Source: Scyliorhinus canicula
Lineage: Eukaryota
Assembly (NCBI RefSeq): GCF_902713615.1
Contig: NC_052158.1
Location: forward strand, 43,611,159 to 43,675,158
Length of the DNA stretch: 64,000 nucleotides
Direction of reading: 5' to 3'
The notes beneath the pieces were generated by a model that had not been told where the DNA came from, did not search any database, and saw only the letters and a program-made list of their open reading frames with translations. The translations under genes were made by a program, and so were the position numbers. Of the stretch, positions 22,271-35,000 are shown piece after piece. The first letter of the stretch is position 1. Every line of letters starts with the position of its first letter.

Positions 22271-23734
22271 TGGTGTCTTGCTCGCGTGGACAGACAGGGT
22301 CCAACATGGCTGAAAATGGAGATGTTCATGGAATCGCCTTTTCCTATTGTGGAATTGGTAGCACTACAGAATGTTACTCTGATATGTTGGTTGTGAGATT
22401 CTTAGCTCAGTTTGTTACCTGTTACTCTTAGTGTTTATCCTGTGGTTCAAACCTGATTCCAAAGTGTATCCTTGACATGTCTAGCTACTGGTTTGATGAA
22501 AATCATAGAATGAGAGCTGTGCCGGGCTGTCAGACTTTGGTGGATACAATCCTGCTGCTGCTGATGGCTCACTGCACCTCATGGACACCCAGTTTTCAGA
22601 TCTGTCCTTAGTCCACTTCCCCAGTGATAGTTAACATTGTAGTTTTCCTTGAACTTGTTTGAACTGAAGCCATGAGACTCCATGGAGCCAATATTGAGAA
22701 ATTCCCCACTTGCCAGTGGGATGGAACATTCCATGAGATGGTGAGCGAGGAGCCTGGGACGTTTCCGGATTGATACCATTGAGTGTCACTGCTACTCGGC
22801 CAGTCTGTGGGACAGCTCTCCTCACTTGGATATTTGTCCTCAGACCTCAATAAGCGAGCCTTTACAGATTTCACTGGGCTGAGATCACCTTAACCTTATT
22901 CTAACACAAAGCCAGGATTGTCCAGATCTGTCTGATTTTCCTCTTATTATTGGACTTTGTAGTGATTGTTTATCATTGTTTGCTGGACCACTTCAGAAGG
23001 CAGTTCAGAGTCAACCATGTTGTTTGGGACTGAAGTCACATGCAGACCAGATCAGGCAGCTGGAGCATTGTCCTGAAGGACAATATTTGGTTTTTTAGGA
23101 CAACCTACATCTTTTAATGTTTTTATTTTGATTCTTTTCCACAAAATCCAAATATATTAAACACAGTTTCATAACATGGATGTCTTTAAGGAGAAACTAG
23201 GTGAGCTCATGAGGAAGAAAGGAACAGAAGGTTGATCTGATAGGTTGAAATGAAGAGGGCTGAGAAGAGGTTTGTGTGAAGCATAAACAGCAGCATGGAG
23301 CAATTGGGCCGAATGGCCGGTTTCTGCTCTGTCATTCTATAGCTTTTCTATGGTTGGATTTGAACAATCTCTGGATTGTTATTCCATGAGGGAAGGAAAT
23401 CTGCGATCCTTAGCTAGTCCGCCCTACATGTGACTCCAGACACACAGCAATGTGTTTATCTCCCCTCTGAAATGGTCGACCGAAACACTCACATTCGGTG
23501 AAAGTGACACTAGAATAAAACTGGACGGACCGCCAGGTGTCGGCTTAGACACTGAAAACGACAAACACCACCTTGTCAATCCTGCAAAATCCTCCTTACT
23601 AATATCTGGGACTCGTGCTAAAATTGGGAGAGCTGTCCCACAAACTCGTCAAGCAACAGCCTGGCTTTGTAGCTTGCAATGTCCCAGACATCACCATCAC
23701 CCTCCCTGCATATGCCCTGTCCTGCAAAGAGAAC

Positions 23735-24012
23735 TGATCCACCAGGGGTGACAGCACAGTGACCCCACAGATCAGGTGGGGATTTAAACTTGTCATTGTC
23801 CCGTCTGAATAAAACCTCACCTATTCCAGCAGCTGTCTCAGTTCCCCCGGTAAACGTTTGACAGAGATTTCTCGTGTAAGAATAGCATTCTTCATCCTCA
23901 GAGGCTTTCAAACTGACAACATCAATGTGGGATGTGTAGCCTCCGATGTGTTTGACAGCAGATCAGAAGAGGAAGACCCACTGCGAAGGCAACAATGACG
24001 TGCAGTGCCGGG
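23735..24012 (-). repeat. Truncated inverted copy of the ZNF 5' cassette (continues at 24825 after a solo LTR)
   Basis: CAGATCAGGTGGGGATTTAAACTTGTCATTGTCC..GCTTTCAAACTGAC matches 41600-41850; TGGGATCAGCACA resumes at 24825. Confidence 0.8.
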
Positions 24013-24824
24013 TATTACGATTCCAGACCAGACCTCCAACAGTGACTGGGATACTGGACCAAAACTCCAATGTTTTAGTTCACTTTCTAAGATTGTGCAG
24101 AAAGAATGATTTGCTCCAGGATTGAATAGGGATTTGGACTTTTAAAACAAAACTTTATTATTAATACACCCGAAAATAGCTTACATGACCCCTTAAATAA
24201 TACTGCTCAATTCAGTAAATACAATACCCTTCATTAATATCTCTATTCTCAATTATACAACAAAAAGGGGAAAACATATAACTCGCAATCCATTGCACAT
24301 CCTAATGGCACAGAATAATACTTGCAAACAGATTTGGCTCCTGTTAGCCTGCAGCCTCTGGCTGGATGTCTTCAAAAAGCTGTTTCAACAGATTTATTTC
24401 AGCTTGCCCCGTGTCCTCAGAGTCGACACTGCTTTAAAACTATTTTAAAAATCTATACTACTGTTAGAGCAAAATACTTTACTTGTGTTCTAATCTGGCT
24501 ACCCTTTTAGACAAGAACTCAAATGCCTGAATACCTGAGCTCCACCCGCAATGACATAATCTCCTCAAGCAGAAAACAAATCAACTCCCCAGGGTGAAAA
24601 GACACTAACTCCCCAGGGACTCCCCGTAGTCAAGCAACAGTGCATCAGCCCAGGCTTTTACGATGCTCAATTTCACCTCTAGCTCCGAAAAGCTTTCTGG
24701 TCTTGCAAAATGAGATTATTTTAAAAACATGACTACTGCAGTCAAACACATGCCAACCCAAGCCGTTAACCCTTAAATTGTCAAATGTTTATTCGAATAT
24801 ATCTAAAATCTTACATTTGTCACA
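24013..24824 (-). mobile_element. Solo LTR (~810 bp) with probable 4-bp TSD
   Basis: Minus strand starts TGTGACAAATG and ends GGAATCGTAATA; flanks CGGG/TGGG; it interrupts a paralogous block. A related fragment lies at ~21780-21940. Confidence 0.65.
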
Positions 24825-24834
24825 TGGGATCAGC

Positions 24835-25380
24835 ACAAGCACAGGAGAGGGGGGACATGCGGGAGAGAGGGGGGGGGCACAGGAGAGAGAGGAGGATACA
24901 CAGGGGAGAGAGAGGGGGCAACACAGGAGACAGGGGGGAAAACAGGAGAGAGAGGGAGACATACAGGAGAGAGAGGGAGAAACACGAGAGGGGAAACAGG
25001 AGAGAGGGCGAAACACAGGAGAGAGGGAGCAATACAGGAGAGAAAGGGGGGCACACATGAGAGAGAGGAGGGACATGAGAGAAAGGGACACGAGAGAAAG
25101 GGGCACATGGGAGAGAGAGAGGGACACAGGAGAGAGAGAGGGACACAGGAGAGAGAGAGAGGGACACAGGAGAGAGAGAGGGACACAGGAGAGAGAGGGG
25201 GGACACAGGAGAGAGAGGGACTCAGGAGAGAGAGGGACACAGGAGAGAGAGGGACACAGGAGAGAGGGGGACACAGGAGAGAGAGGGGGAAACACAGGAG
25301 AGGGGGACACAGGAGAGAGAGGGACGAGGGAGAGGGACACCGGAGAGAAGGGGGCACAGGAGGGAGGAACACGAGAGGGT
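24835..25380 (+). repeat. Purine-rich minisatellite, unit ~GGGACACAGG(AG)n
   Basis: More than 20 imperfect 16-20 bp units; most regular at 25110-25320. Confidence 0.9.
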
Positions 25381-25649
25381 GGTAAGAGATAGACTTGTAG
25401 AGTGATGTTGGGAGTGACTTCATGACTCGGGGACTGACTGCGATTTGGGAAGGGACTTTGGGAGTGACAGCGTAAATCTGGAAGTGACTTTAACACGGTG
25501 AGTGACATTGTAACTCGGAGATTGATTCTGTGACTGTGGGCCTTGGGAAATAACCCCTCTCTCCTCACCAGTCCTCTCTGATAGCTTCTTGCCCCTCACC
25601 TGATGCTACCCCACTTATCTAACCCTTCATTCTGCCCCTCATCCATTTG

Positions 25650-26050
25650 TGGGATTTGGAAGCAACAACACGTTTAAGGACTTTGGAGAGGAGAGTGAGG
25701 TTGGAGATGGGGTGATAGTTTGCAAGGTTGCAAGGCCAAGTGTTTTTTTTTAATAATAGCAAATCTAAAGGAGAGAGAAAATATCTGACGGGAGAGAACC
25801 GTGAACAATATCGGCGATCATGGGGGTCAGGAGGGGAAGTGGGGTGGATCAGCGGTTTAGTGAGAATAAGGTCAAGGGGTGGCGGCTCTCATGGACAAGA
25901 TGAGCTCAGAGAGGACATGAGGGGAGATGGGAGAGAAACTGGAGAAAGATGTGAGTTCAGGGCTTGGGCAGGGGGAGTATTAATGGAAGTTTCCCCAGGC
26001 AGGTTAGTGGAAGGGCGAGATATGGCAGAGGCAGCTGATGGGATTGTTTC
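25650..26050 (-). mobile_element. L2 LINE ORF2 fragment
   Basis: Minus strand TCCTCTCTGAGCTCATCTTGTCCATGAGAGCCGCCACCCCTTGACCTTATTCTCACTAAAC corresponds to the L2 'SCSLDPIPTKLL' region. Confidence 0.6.
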
Positions 26051-26789
26051 AATCTTATTTCCCTGAGCAAAAGGTCAATAACCAGGCAGCAGAGATTTAA
26101 AGTCATTAATGAAAGGATTACTGGGGAGTTGAGTAATGTTTTCACCCAGTGGGTGGTGAGGGTCTGGCACTCGCTGTCTGAAAGGGTGAAAGTCACATCA
26201 TATTTAAAAGACACTGGCATATGAACTTAAAGGAATAACTTTTCCACATTTAAAATGGTGGTGCAGTGCCTTCTCCACGTTGACACTGTCCCATCAACTC
26301 CTTACAGAGAAGCTACAGTGCAGGTTAAATACACAGTCAAGCTCCATCTAACTGTAAATGCTGGAACAGCTCTGCTGGATCAAGACTCACCTGCCTCAGT
26401 CACCTAGATACTCCTGCGTTACTGATCTTAATGCCATCGGATGCTGTGTTTGGGAGCAGGACCCAGGAGACAAAGGGAGAGTCCTCCAGACACAGCGCAT
26501 CAAGTGGTGGGAGGGATTTGCTACACTACAGTGACTACATTTCAAAAAGCACTTCACGGACTATTAAATGCTTTTCAGTGCCCCGAATTTGTGAAAGTTG
26601 GTATAAAAATCCAAGTCTTCCTTTCTTAGGGAAAAATACATAGAAAATAGAAGCAGGAGGAAGCCATTTGGCCCTTCGAGCTTGCTCCGCCATTTATTAT
26701 CATGGCTGATCATCAAATTCAATCCCCTGATCCCACCTTCCCCTATAATCCCTTGATCCTTTTAGCCCCAAAAGCTAGAAATATTCTGC

Positions 26790-28300
26790 TTCCTGTGAAG
26801 TGGAAATTCTAAACCCATTGATGGAGAAAGTACTCCAGCTCAGGATGATATAGCCGCCTTCCGCGACGTCTTTTCATTTACCTGCGCTTTGTACTTTATA
26901 CACCGCATTGCCATCGCAAGAGCGATGTTCGCTGATCCATATTTTCTTTCCCCGAGGAGAAAGAATTCATGACGGAACAGAGACTGGACTGGTTGCAGCT
27001 GAAATGCAACCTTAACAGAGAAATTAACCCAGAAATGTCTGCATTTTGTTGTCCAGAGCTGCAATAATGTTCGCTGATTTTGTCTGCCAGTTTTCAGGTG
27101 ATTAATTTTTTTTATAAATGTGGATTGTCTCTTTTAAAAATGTTCAATACATATCAGGTGTTGCTCAGAACTCCCCATCTGCCATATATATGTATTGCAT
27201 CACAGTTTCCCTTAGAGTAACTGCACAAACCAATGCTTTCCTCGTATTACTGGAACATATCTAATTGAATGCGGGATTTTGCCATTTGCAAGAATTCACG
27301 GGAACGTTACCCCCGTGGACGGCGAGACTTTATTGTAGGCTCCTGAGTATTTCAGTGAATAGGAATAGAGTGTAAGGTGAACGTATGAAAATGAAATGAA
27401 ATGAAAATCGCTTATTGTCACGAGTAGGCTTCAAATGAAGTTACTGTGAAAAGCACCTAGTCGCCACATTCCGGCGCCTGTTTGGGGAGGCTGTTACGGA
27501 ATCGAACCGTGCTGCTGGCCTGCTTTCAAAGCCAGCGATTTAGCTCAGTGAGCTAAACCAGGCCCTAGTATCACACAGTTATTACATCGATGTACGATGG
27601 GCTGAGGGAACTCCCTCACCGTACTCAGGATAGTATTCCTCCCAGTCAGGAGACTACAAACATTTCCCCTGGAATTAGTCAAACACCCGCCACCTGAAGA
27701 GGATCTTTCTATAATTCACATCGCCGACTGAAGCAGGGTCCAATTCTACCCCATACCCACCCCTGAGAGATGGCCCACTTCACTCACATCAGGGGAAACT
27801 ATCTCAGAATACGACAGACAAAAGTTTTTTTTAAATCCTTGTGATTTAGTCTGGCTCCCAAACCTGATGGTCAAAATTGACACCGTACTTCAGTGACACA
27901 GGAGCCCGATTCGATCATACAAACCCACCAACGGTTACGGAGATCCAGTGGTCACATGGGTCTATGGACCAATCAGTTTCCATTCCTGGAGAAACTACCC
28001 CCGGGTGAGTTGGACAGCATTTTCTAATTCCCAATTCTCTGTCCTTTGACCCTCCATTCCCCACAATGTTCCTGTAGCTGTGAATCTGGTTTGATGACTC
28101 CCTCATATCCACCTTCTATGCTCTTGTTCCCATACTTACTTTTACTCTATTCTTTCCTGGTTGATCTCCCTGCTTCTCAAAGTCCAAAGCGTGAAGATTA
28201 GAGTGTATCTGGTAGACAACTGGTCTGTCCATCCATTGGTAGCCGTGACTGGAGTACATCAAGCACTAGTGGTCCTGCTCCCTCTGTCAAAACTGCTCAT
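26790..28300 (-). other. ZNF-B distal 3' UTR/downstream block (paralogous to 13480-14620, 47560-48540, 58555-59070)
   Basis: Shared CCATTGATGGAGAAAGTA and CACCTGAAGAGGATCT..TATAATTCACATC blocks. Confidence 0.75.
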
Positions 28301-28369
28301 TACTCCAGGACCATGCTGAAGAGAAAGGATAACCCATGACTTCTCCCCAAAACCAGTTGTGCCTTGTAG

Positions 28370-28600
28370 AAGTTCTGTACCAGCTGTACAGAGGGTCTGT
28401 TTAGACAGTCATGGGAACCGCACTTTAAGAAGGATGTGAAGGCATTAGAGAGAGTGCAGAAAAGATTCATGAGAATGGTTTCAGAAATGAGAAACTTCAG
28501 TTACATAGACAGATTGGAAAAGTTGGGATTATTCTCCTTGGAGAGAAGGCTGAGAGGAGATTTGATCAAGGTTTTCAAAATTGAGGGGTCTGTACAGGGT
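28370..28600 (+). mobile_element. CR1 fragment
   Basis: KALERVQKRFMRMVSEMRNFSYIDRLEKLGLFSLERRLRGDLIKVFKI. Confidence 0.8.
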
Positions 28601-29759
28601 GGACAGGGAGATACTGGTGAAGGGATTGGGAACAAGAGGGAGAATGTGCTTATGGGGAGAATGCTGGGAAGTGATACCAGGTATGAAGATCTAGTCATAC
28701 CCCGCACAACTGAAAGGTTCCTCCCCTGTGCGATTCCTCCCAGTGGGGTTGGAAGACACCAGGAAAACCCAACACAAATCACACACTCAAAAGATTTCCC
28801 ATCCATGTAGCTGTCCTTGTGTTAATAGAGCTTGTAACGGATGCACCCTGGGTGTTAAGAGATCTTTAGAATTCCCTCCTTGAACCTCTCTGTCCCTTTA
28901 TCTCTCTCCCTCCTTTCAGGTCCTCTTTAATTCCCACCTCTTTGACCATATTTTTGATCATCCCCTCCTAATATCTCCTTTGTCTTGGTATTAATTTTTC
29001 TCTGATTACGTGTCTATGAAACACTTAGGGATGTTTGACTATATCAAAGTGCTCTATAAATACAAGCTGTCATCCTCTCCCATTCCCTCCAAACTCAGGG
29101 TACTGACTTGAAGTATAATCTGTGACATTGATTGTCCTCTAAGTGCTCTTTTCGAGTGGCTATTCAGGGTGTTGGCCCAGACAGGGAATGTTGAGAGACA
29201 ATGGAGGCTGTCACAGCCGAGACACATCCTGCCCTCCCTCCCTCCCTGCCTTCCCAGCTGGGCTCACTGAGGAACAGGATTCCCGGCTGATTCTCCCCCT
29301 CCATAGACCAGAGATACTGAGTCCCTCCATTACTACCCCAGGAATGGCTCCTCCCCTGGGGCTTGTGCTGGTAGATCAGAAGCTGAAACTTTCTAATCAC
29401 TGAGTATCTGATTGTCTTCTTGGTCAGAGTGAGAGTCAGTGAGTGACTTGTACCTGACGCTGCACTGAAAGGATGCTGAGTTTATACAGCAGCTTCTATA
29501 CAGATTCATGTCTTCTTTTAGTGATGTTTGGCCACCTGGTCAAAGGTTAAGTTGACCTTATCGAAACGATTGTTCTGATGGTGAGGGAGGTTGGAGACAG
29601 ACACTGCTGAGACAGACACTGCTTTGGAAGGACAGCTCCCCTGTGCGAGCACTGGAGGGTAAACATCACAGACAACTCTCAGTGTAAGGGAAGCAGGTGA
29701 GCCAGCTCCTAGTCCGTGTGGAAATGTCGGTGAGAGAGTAGGTGGAACAATCCCGACAC

Positions 29760-30129
<370 letters not shown>

Positions 30130-30918
30130 TCATTTGTCATGCATGAATGGATTCTCTCGTGTGTGTATGTGTCGGTGTGCACGGAGATTCGATACCTGTG
30201 AGAATGATTTGTGACACACCTCACACTTGAAAGGTTTCTCGCCTGTGTGAACCCGTCGGTGTGAGCGGAAGGTCGATGAGTCCGAGAATGATTTATCACA
30301 CACCTCACATGTGAACGGCTTCTCCCCGGTGTGAACGCGACGGTGTTGCACGAGCGTTGACGGATGTGTGAAAGCTCGGTCACACACCTCACACTTGAAA
30401 GGTTTCTCTCCAGTGTGAATCCTCTGGTGACACAAGAGATGACAGTATTGGGTGAAACCCATCTCACAAACCTCACACCTGAAAGGTTTCTCTTCGGAGT
30501 GAATATTCTGGTGTATCAGGAGCCTTGTAGATGTCGCAAAGGCTTTTCCGCAAACCTCACACTTGAAGGGTTTCTCTCCTGTGTGGACTGTCTGATGGCG
30601 TAGGAGACTTGATGATAACGTGAAGCCTTTGTCACATACCTCACACATGAACAATTTCTCCCCTGTATGAATGCGTTGGTGAGCACGGAGGATCGATGAC
30701 TGTGAGAATGATTTGTCGCACACCGCACACTTGAATGGTTTCTCCCCTGTGTGTGTGCGTTGGTGTGTGCGGAGAATCGATGACCGTGTGAATGATTTGT
30801 CACACACCGCGCACTTGAATGGCTTCTCCCCTGTGTGAACGCTTTGGTGTTGCAGCAGTGTTGATGACCGTGTGAAGGCTTGGTCACACACCTCACATGT
30901 GAATGGTTTCTCTTCCAT
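30130..30918 (-). CDS. ZNF-B: C2H2 zinc-finger protein, 262 aa from MEEKPF, 9 fingers
   Basis: The ORF track start at 30993 is GTG; the first ATG is at 30918. Terminal exon acceptor at 31387. Confidence 0.9.
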   Translation of the reverse strand: MEEKPFTCEVCDQAFTRSSTLLQHQSVHTGEKPFKCAVCDKSFTRSSILRTHQRTHTGEKPFKCAVCDKSFSQSSILRAHQRIHTGEKLFMCEVCDKGFTLSSSLLRHQTVHTGEKPFKCEVCGKAFATSTRLLIHQNIHSEEKPFRCEVCEMGFTQYCHLLCHQRIHTGEKPFKCEVCDRAFTHPSTLVQHRRVHTGEKPFTCEVCDKSFSDSSTFRSHRRVHTGEKPFKCEVCHKSFSQVSNLRAHRHIHTRENPFMHDK

Positions 30919-32040
30919 GTCGCTGGACAGCTCAGGTTCAAAAGAAACGCTACTGAGTTCGGATATCTCATGAACCTGCGGAGCCCTCCTCACAGACCTC
31001 TCACTTGAACAGCCTCTCCTGTAGGAATGAGTCAGTGGTTCATGAGGCTCGATGAATGATTGAAGCTCTCACCTCATTTGGAGTCCACTCACACTTCTTC
31101 CCAGCATCACCCTTACCAAACACCCACAGCAGAACCTTCAGAAAGGTTGATTCTGATGGAAGGCTCCACACCACTGACCAGTTTCCGATCTGATGATATG
31201 TCAAAGCTCCCCTGACCCGACCGATTTCCAGATGATGGTTTCACTGCCCAACCTTCTCTCTTGAGCAATGCTGTGAAGGGACTGGATGTCTTCTCACAGT
31301 TGTGCAGTTGTTCCTTGGGTGATGGTCAGGATCTATCTGAGGTGTCTATCCTCTCTGTATTCTTTGGTGAAGGGCGGTGCAATCTTTCTGTAAAACAGGA
31401 AAAGGAAACATGATTTCCTCCAATTTCCTTTCCTTTACTGAAGGGGCTGTCTCCTCAGAGACTGTTCCACAGTGAGTGACAGTCTGTTATTCCCCTGTGT
31501 GAAGGATCAGATAAAAGTCCTTCCTTTTTCCTCACTTGACTGTCACACACCCTCTGTTTCCAGTAGGGACACTGGATACTGACCAGGAGCAGACAATATG
31601 GCTACTTTCTTTCCTCCACCCAGACCCCCATCTTCCCAGGCAATGGAAAAGACAGTTGGGCGGAGTGTAAAATGGGCTATCAATTCACTGAGAGCTCCAG
31701 TCATGCTGGCAAAGACCAGTTTTACCCTGAGTGTATATGTTTAATATAAAAAACACTCAGGAGAAATGTTAATTTAGTGGAATTTTTCTGAAATTATTTG
31801 AAGAAAACATACTGGGCAGGAAGTGCCAGAAGCCAAAGAGAATATTTCTTCAGTGTAGCTGATTGAAGGGCTCTGGTTTATCCTGGGAAATTAGATGCAC
31901 TGCGCTCACTCAAACTGCACATCCCAAATTCAACTCTCACACACAGAACTGGGCAAACTATCAAATATAAGCCCAGGCTTTTGGGAAAGGCCGAGGCCTT
32001 CAGGTAAAATTTTTAAAGAAGGCATTAAAAGACATTTCAA

Positions 32041-35000
32041 GGACTTCCGGTGATGAGCAGTCACACATCAGGTGGCTCTTCTCCTAACAATCCGAAATTA
32101 GGCTCTTAATAGCCAGCAGAAAAAATGTATCCCCTCACCCTGTCTAACAACAGCACAAGAGAAGATGCCGAGCAACAGTAGCTCCTGAGGCCGTAAAGAA
32201 ACAAAAAGCTGCAGAAACCAGGAGAAACAAGTGGTTGAGAGGCCGGACACACCAGAACCAGAGGCAATGGCAAATTGTACGCGGGCTCCTCCTCACTGGA
32301 GGGTGGATGGAGGAAGTTCCTCTCCAGAGAACTAAGCTCAGAAGAGAGATAAAGACAGATATTCAAGCTGCAGCCAAGGTGGCATTTGTGGAGGTCCTGG
32401 CCACTCTGCAGGTGGCCCTGGACAAGGGAGAGAGGAGACTGGAGGCCCAAGGGAGCACCGTCAAGGAACTAGAAAAGCCTTAAACAGATCAGAGCAATCG
32501 GATCGCCGCCCTCGAGACGGAAATAGCGAAGTTGGTGGCAGCACAGGACATTTAAGGGGAAAATAGAGGGCCAGGAGAACTGGTCACAGCGCCAGAACTT
32601 AAGGATAGTGGGCCTGCCGGAAGGAATCAAAGGTAGGGACCACACGGACTGTGTGGCCCAGATGTTGGGAAACCTGGTGGGAAGGGACAGCTTCCCCAAC
32701 CCGCCAGAAATAGATAGAGCCCACCGGTCGCTCCAGTCGAAACCCAGGTCGGAGAGCAGCCGAGGGCGATAATCGCCAAAATGCACCAGGACCGGGAAAG
32801 ACACTTTGCGCGGGACTCCACTGCCTCACTCTGAATATGGGAGCTAAAATGTAGGAAGGAAAAGACGAAGGCAGCGAAGCACAGGAAAGGGTGAGGGGGA
32901 TAGCAGGAGGGGAAACCTCATAGTGGGCGAAGTATAGGCACATAACCGACATCAAGAGGGAAAGCTAGCGTCAGGAGGTACGAGTGAGGGGGAACTGGCA
33001 TGTTCATCGAGGAACTGCTTCATCCCAAGAATCATAGGGGAAACATAGGAACATGGATGGTAAGGGCTCTAGGCTGGCTGCAACAGGCCACACGTGGCGA
33101 CCGCAAACAGCCATTTTTGTACAAAGGGAAGCCCTGGAATGCAGGAGCCCGGCCTCATGGTGAGTACGGTGATCGCAGCCATTTTGGTTGCCCCCCCCTA
33201 ACAAAGGGAAACCCCAGAGTGCAGGTGAACGGGATTTTATCTGTGTACAAGACCCATGATGGACAGGTCGAATCCCAATACAGGAAAGACCTCTAACATG
33301 GCAAAAGAATTTGGTACATTCATGGAGCAGATGGGGGCAGTGGACCCATGGAGGTTCACTCACCCAGGGGAGAAGGGGTTTTCCTTCTTCTCCCAGGTAC
33401 ACAATGTATGCACCCAGATTGACTTCTTTGTAGTGGGAAAATCGGTGCTTCCAGGAGAAGCTGAATACTCTGCGATCGTGATCTCTGACCACGCTACACA
33501 CTACTTGGATGTGAGGTTGGAGACGGGCCGTGCCCAAGACACCCCACGCCAACAAGGCTTTCTGCGAGAAAATGTCACAGGCCATAGACGAGTATATTAT
33601 CAACAAAGGGACTTGGGATGAAGCAGTTCCTCGATGGACATGCCAGTTGTGGGGCAGATAGGAAATGGGGGATGGAAGCACCATAAGAACTGGGAGAAGT
33701 CATGAAAAGCATCAACTCCATGCAGGTGGGGAAGATGCCGGAACCTGACAGATTCCTGGCGGACGTCTACAAAACATTTGCGACAGCACTGACCCCGCAC
33801 CTGCGGTAGATGTTCATGGACACTCTGGGGAGGGGCATCCTGCCGCCTATGCTAGCACAAACCTCAATCTCGCTAATACCCAAAAAGGACAAAGACCCAA
33901 CAGAATATGTGTCCTACAGAACCATTTCGGTGCTCAATGTAGACGCGAAAATACTAGCCGAAATCCTAGCCAGGCAATTGGAGGACTGTGTACCAGAGGT
34001 AGAAGCAAAAGCCCAGACGGGCTTTGTTAAGGGTAGACGGCTATTGGCGAACATCAGGCGCCTGCTGAACGTGATAATGATCCGATCCAGGGAGAGAACA
34101 CCAGAGGGGATCATCTCCCTGAATGCAGACAGGGTCGAATGGCAGTATCTCAGAGAGGCACTGGAGCGATTCGTGCTTGGAACAGGATTCACCGCTTGGG
34201 TGAAACCCCTGTACAGCTATCCCATGGCGAGCGTGCGGACGAATACCACCAGCTCTAAGTACCTCCAGCTGCACAGAGACACAAGACAGGGATGCCCGTT
34301 GTCCCCCCCTGCTTTTTGCCCTGGCGATCACGCTCAGAGGGGCAAAGAGTCTCGCTACATGCAGATGACCTGCTCCTCTATGTTGGGGACCCAGAAAGCA
34401 GCATGGAGGGAATCATGGCACTCTTGAAAGAGTTTGGGGCCTTCTCAGACCTGAACCCACAAGGGAGAGGGTCAGAGCTGGAGGGACTGCCATTTAAACA
34501 GACCCAAAATTAATTCCTCTACCTGGAGATCCAAATTGCCCAAGACTGGACATGGATCCACAAGTGGAACCTGGCCAGTTTGATGGAGGAAGTTAAAAAG
34601 GACCTACATAGGTGGGACACACTTTCACTCTCCCTGGCGGGGAGGGTAATGATGATCAAGATTAATGTACTGCCCAGGTTCCTCTTCTATTCAGATCCAT
34701 ACCAATTTATATCCCCAAGGCCTTTTTCAACTCAGTGGAAAAAATTATCATAGCGTTGGTGTCTGTGGTAGGGAGGTGGTAAGGGGAAGAACCCAGGATC
34801 CCCCCCCCAAAAGTCCTGCAAAGAACAAAAGAACAAGAAGCATGGGGGGCCTGGCCATTCCAAATCTGCAATATTGCCACTGGGCAGCAAATGCGGAAAG
34901 AGTAAAGGGATGGATAAAGGAACCGGAATGCAGAATGGGTAAGAATGGAGCAGAGTTCCTACATGGGGACATCCCTCCGGGCGCTGGAAAGCTAAGACAG

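Larger units (their letters stand above)
21250..23390 (+). pseudogene. Orphan 5' half of a ZNF paralog (mini-exon 21272-21314 plus intron blocks 21315-21420 and 22570-23390); no finger exon
   Basis: 43-nt exon with CACAG/GTGAGT sites but terminal ATG replaced by TCG; 22570-23390 is the reverse complement of ZNF-B intron 39330-38575 plus 36267-36010. Confidence 0.75.

Noticed and set aside
24895-24915. Minisatellite derived from ZNF linker codons (CACACAGGGGAGA)
   Set aside because: The similarity is short and low-complexity; the array is better explained by the purine tract at the paralogous position.
24778-25568. Long ORFs on both strands (up to 259 aa)
   Set aside because: These are translations of the low-complexity minisatellite.
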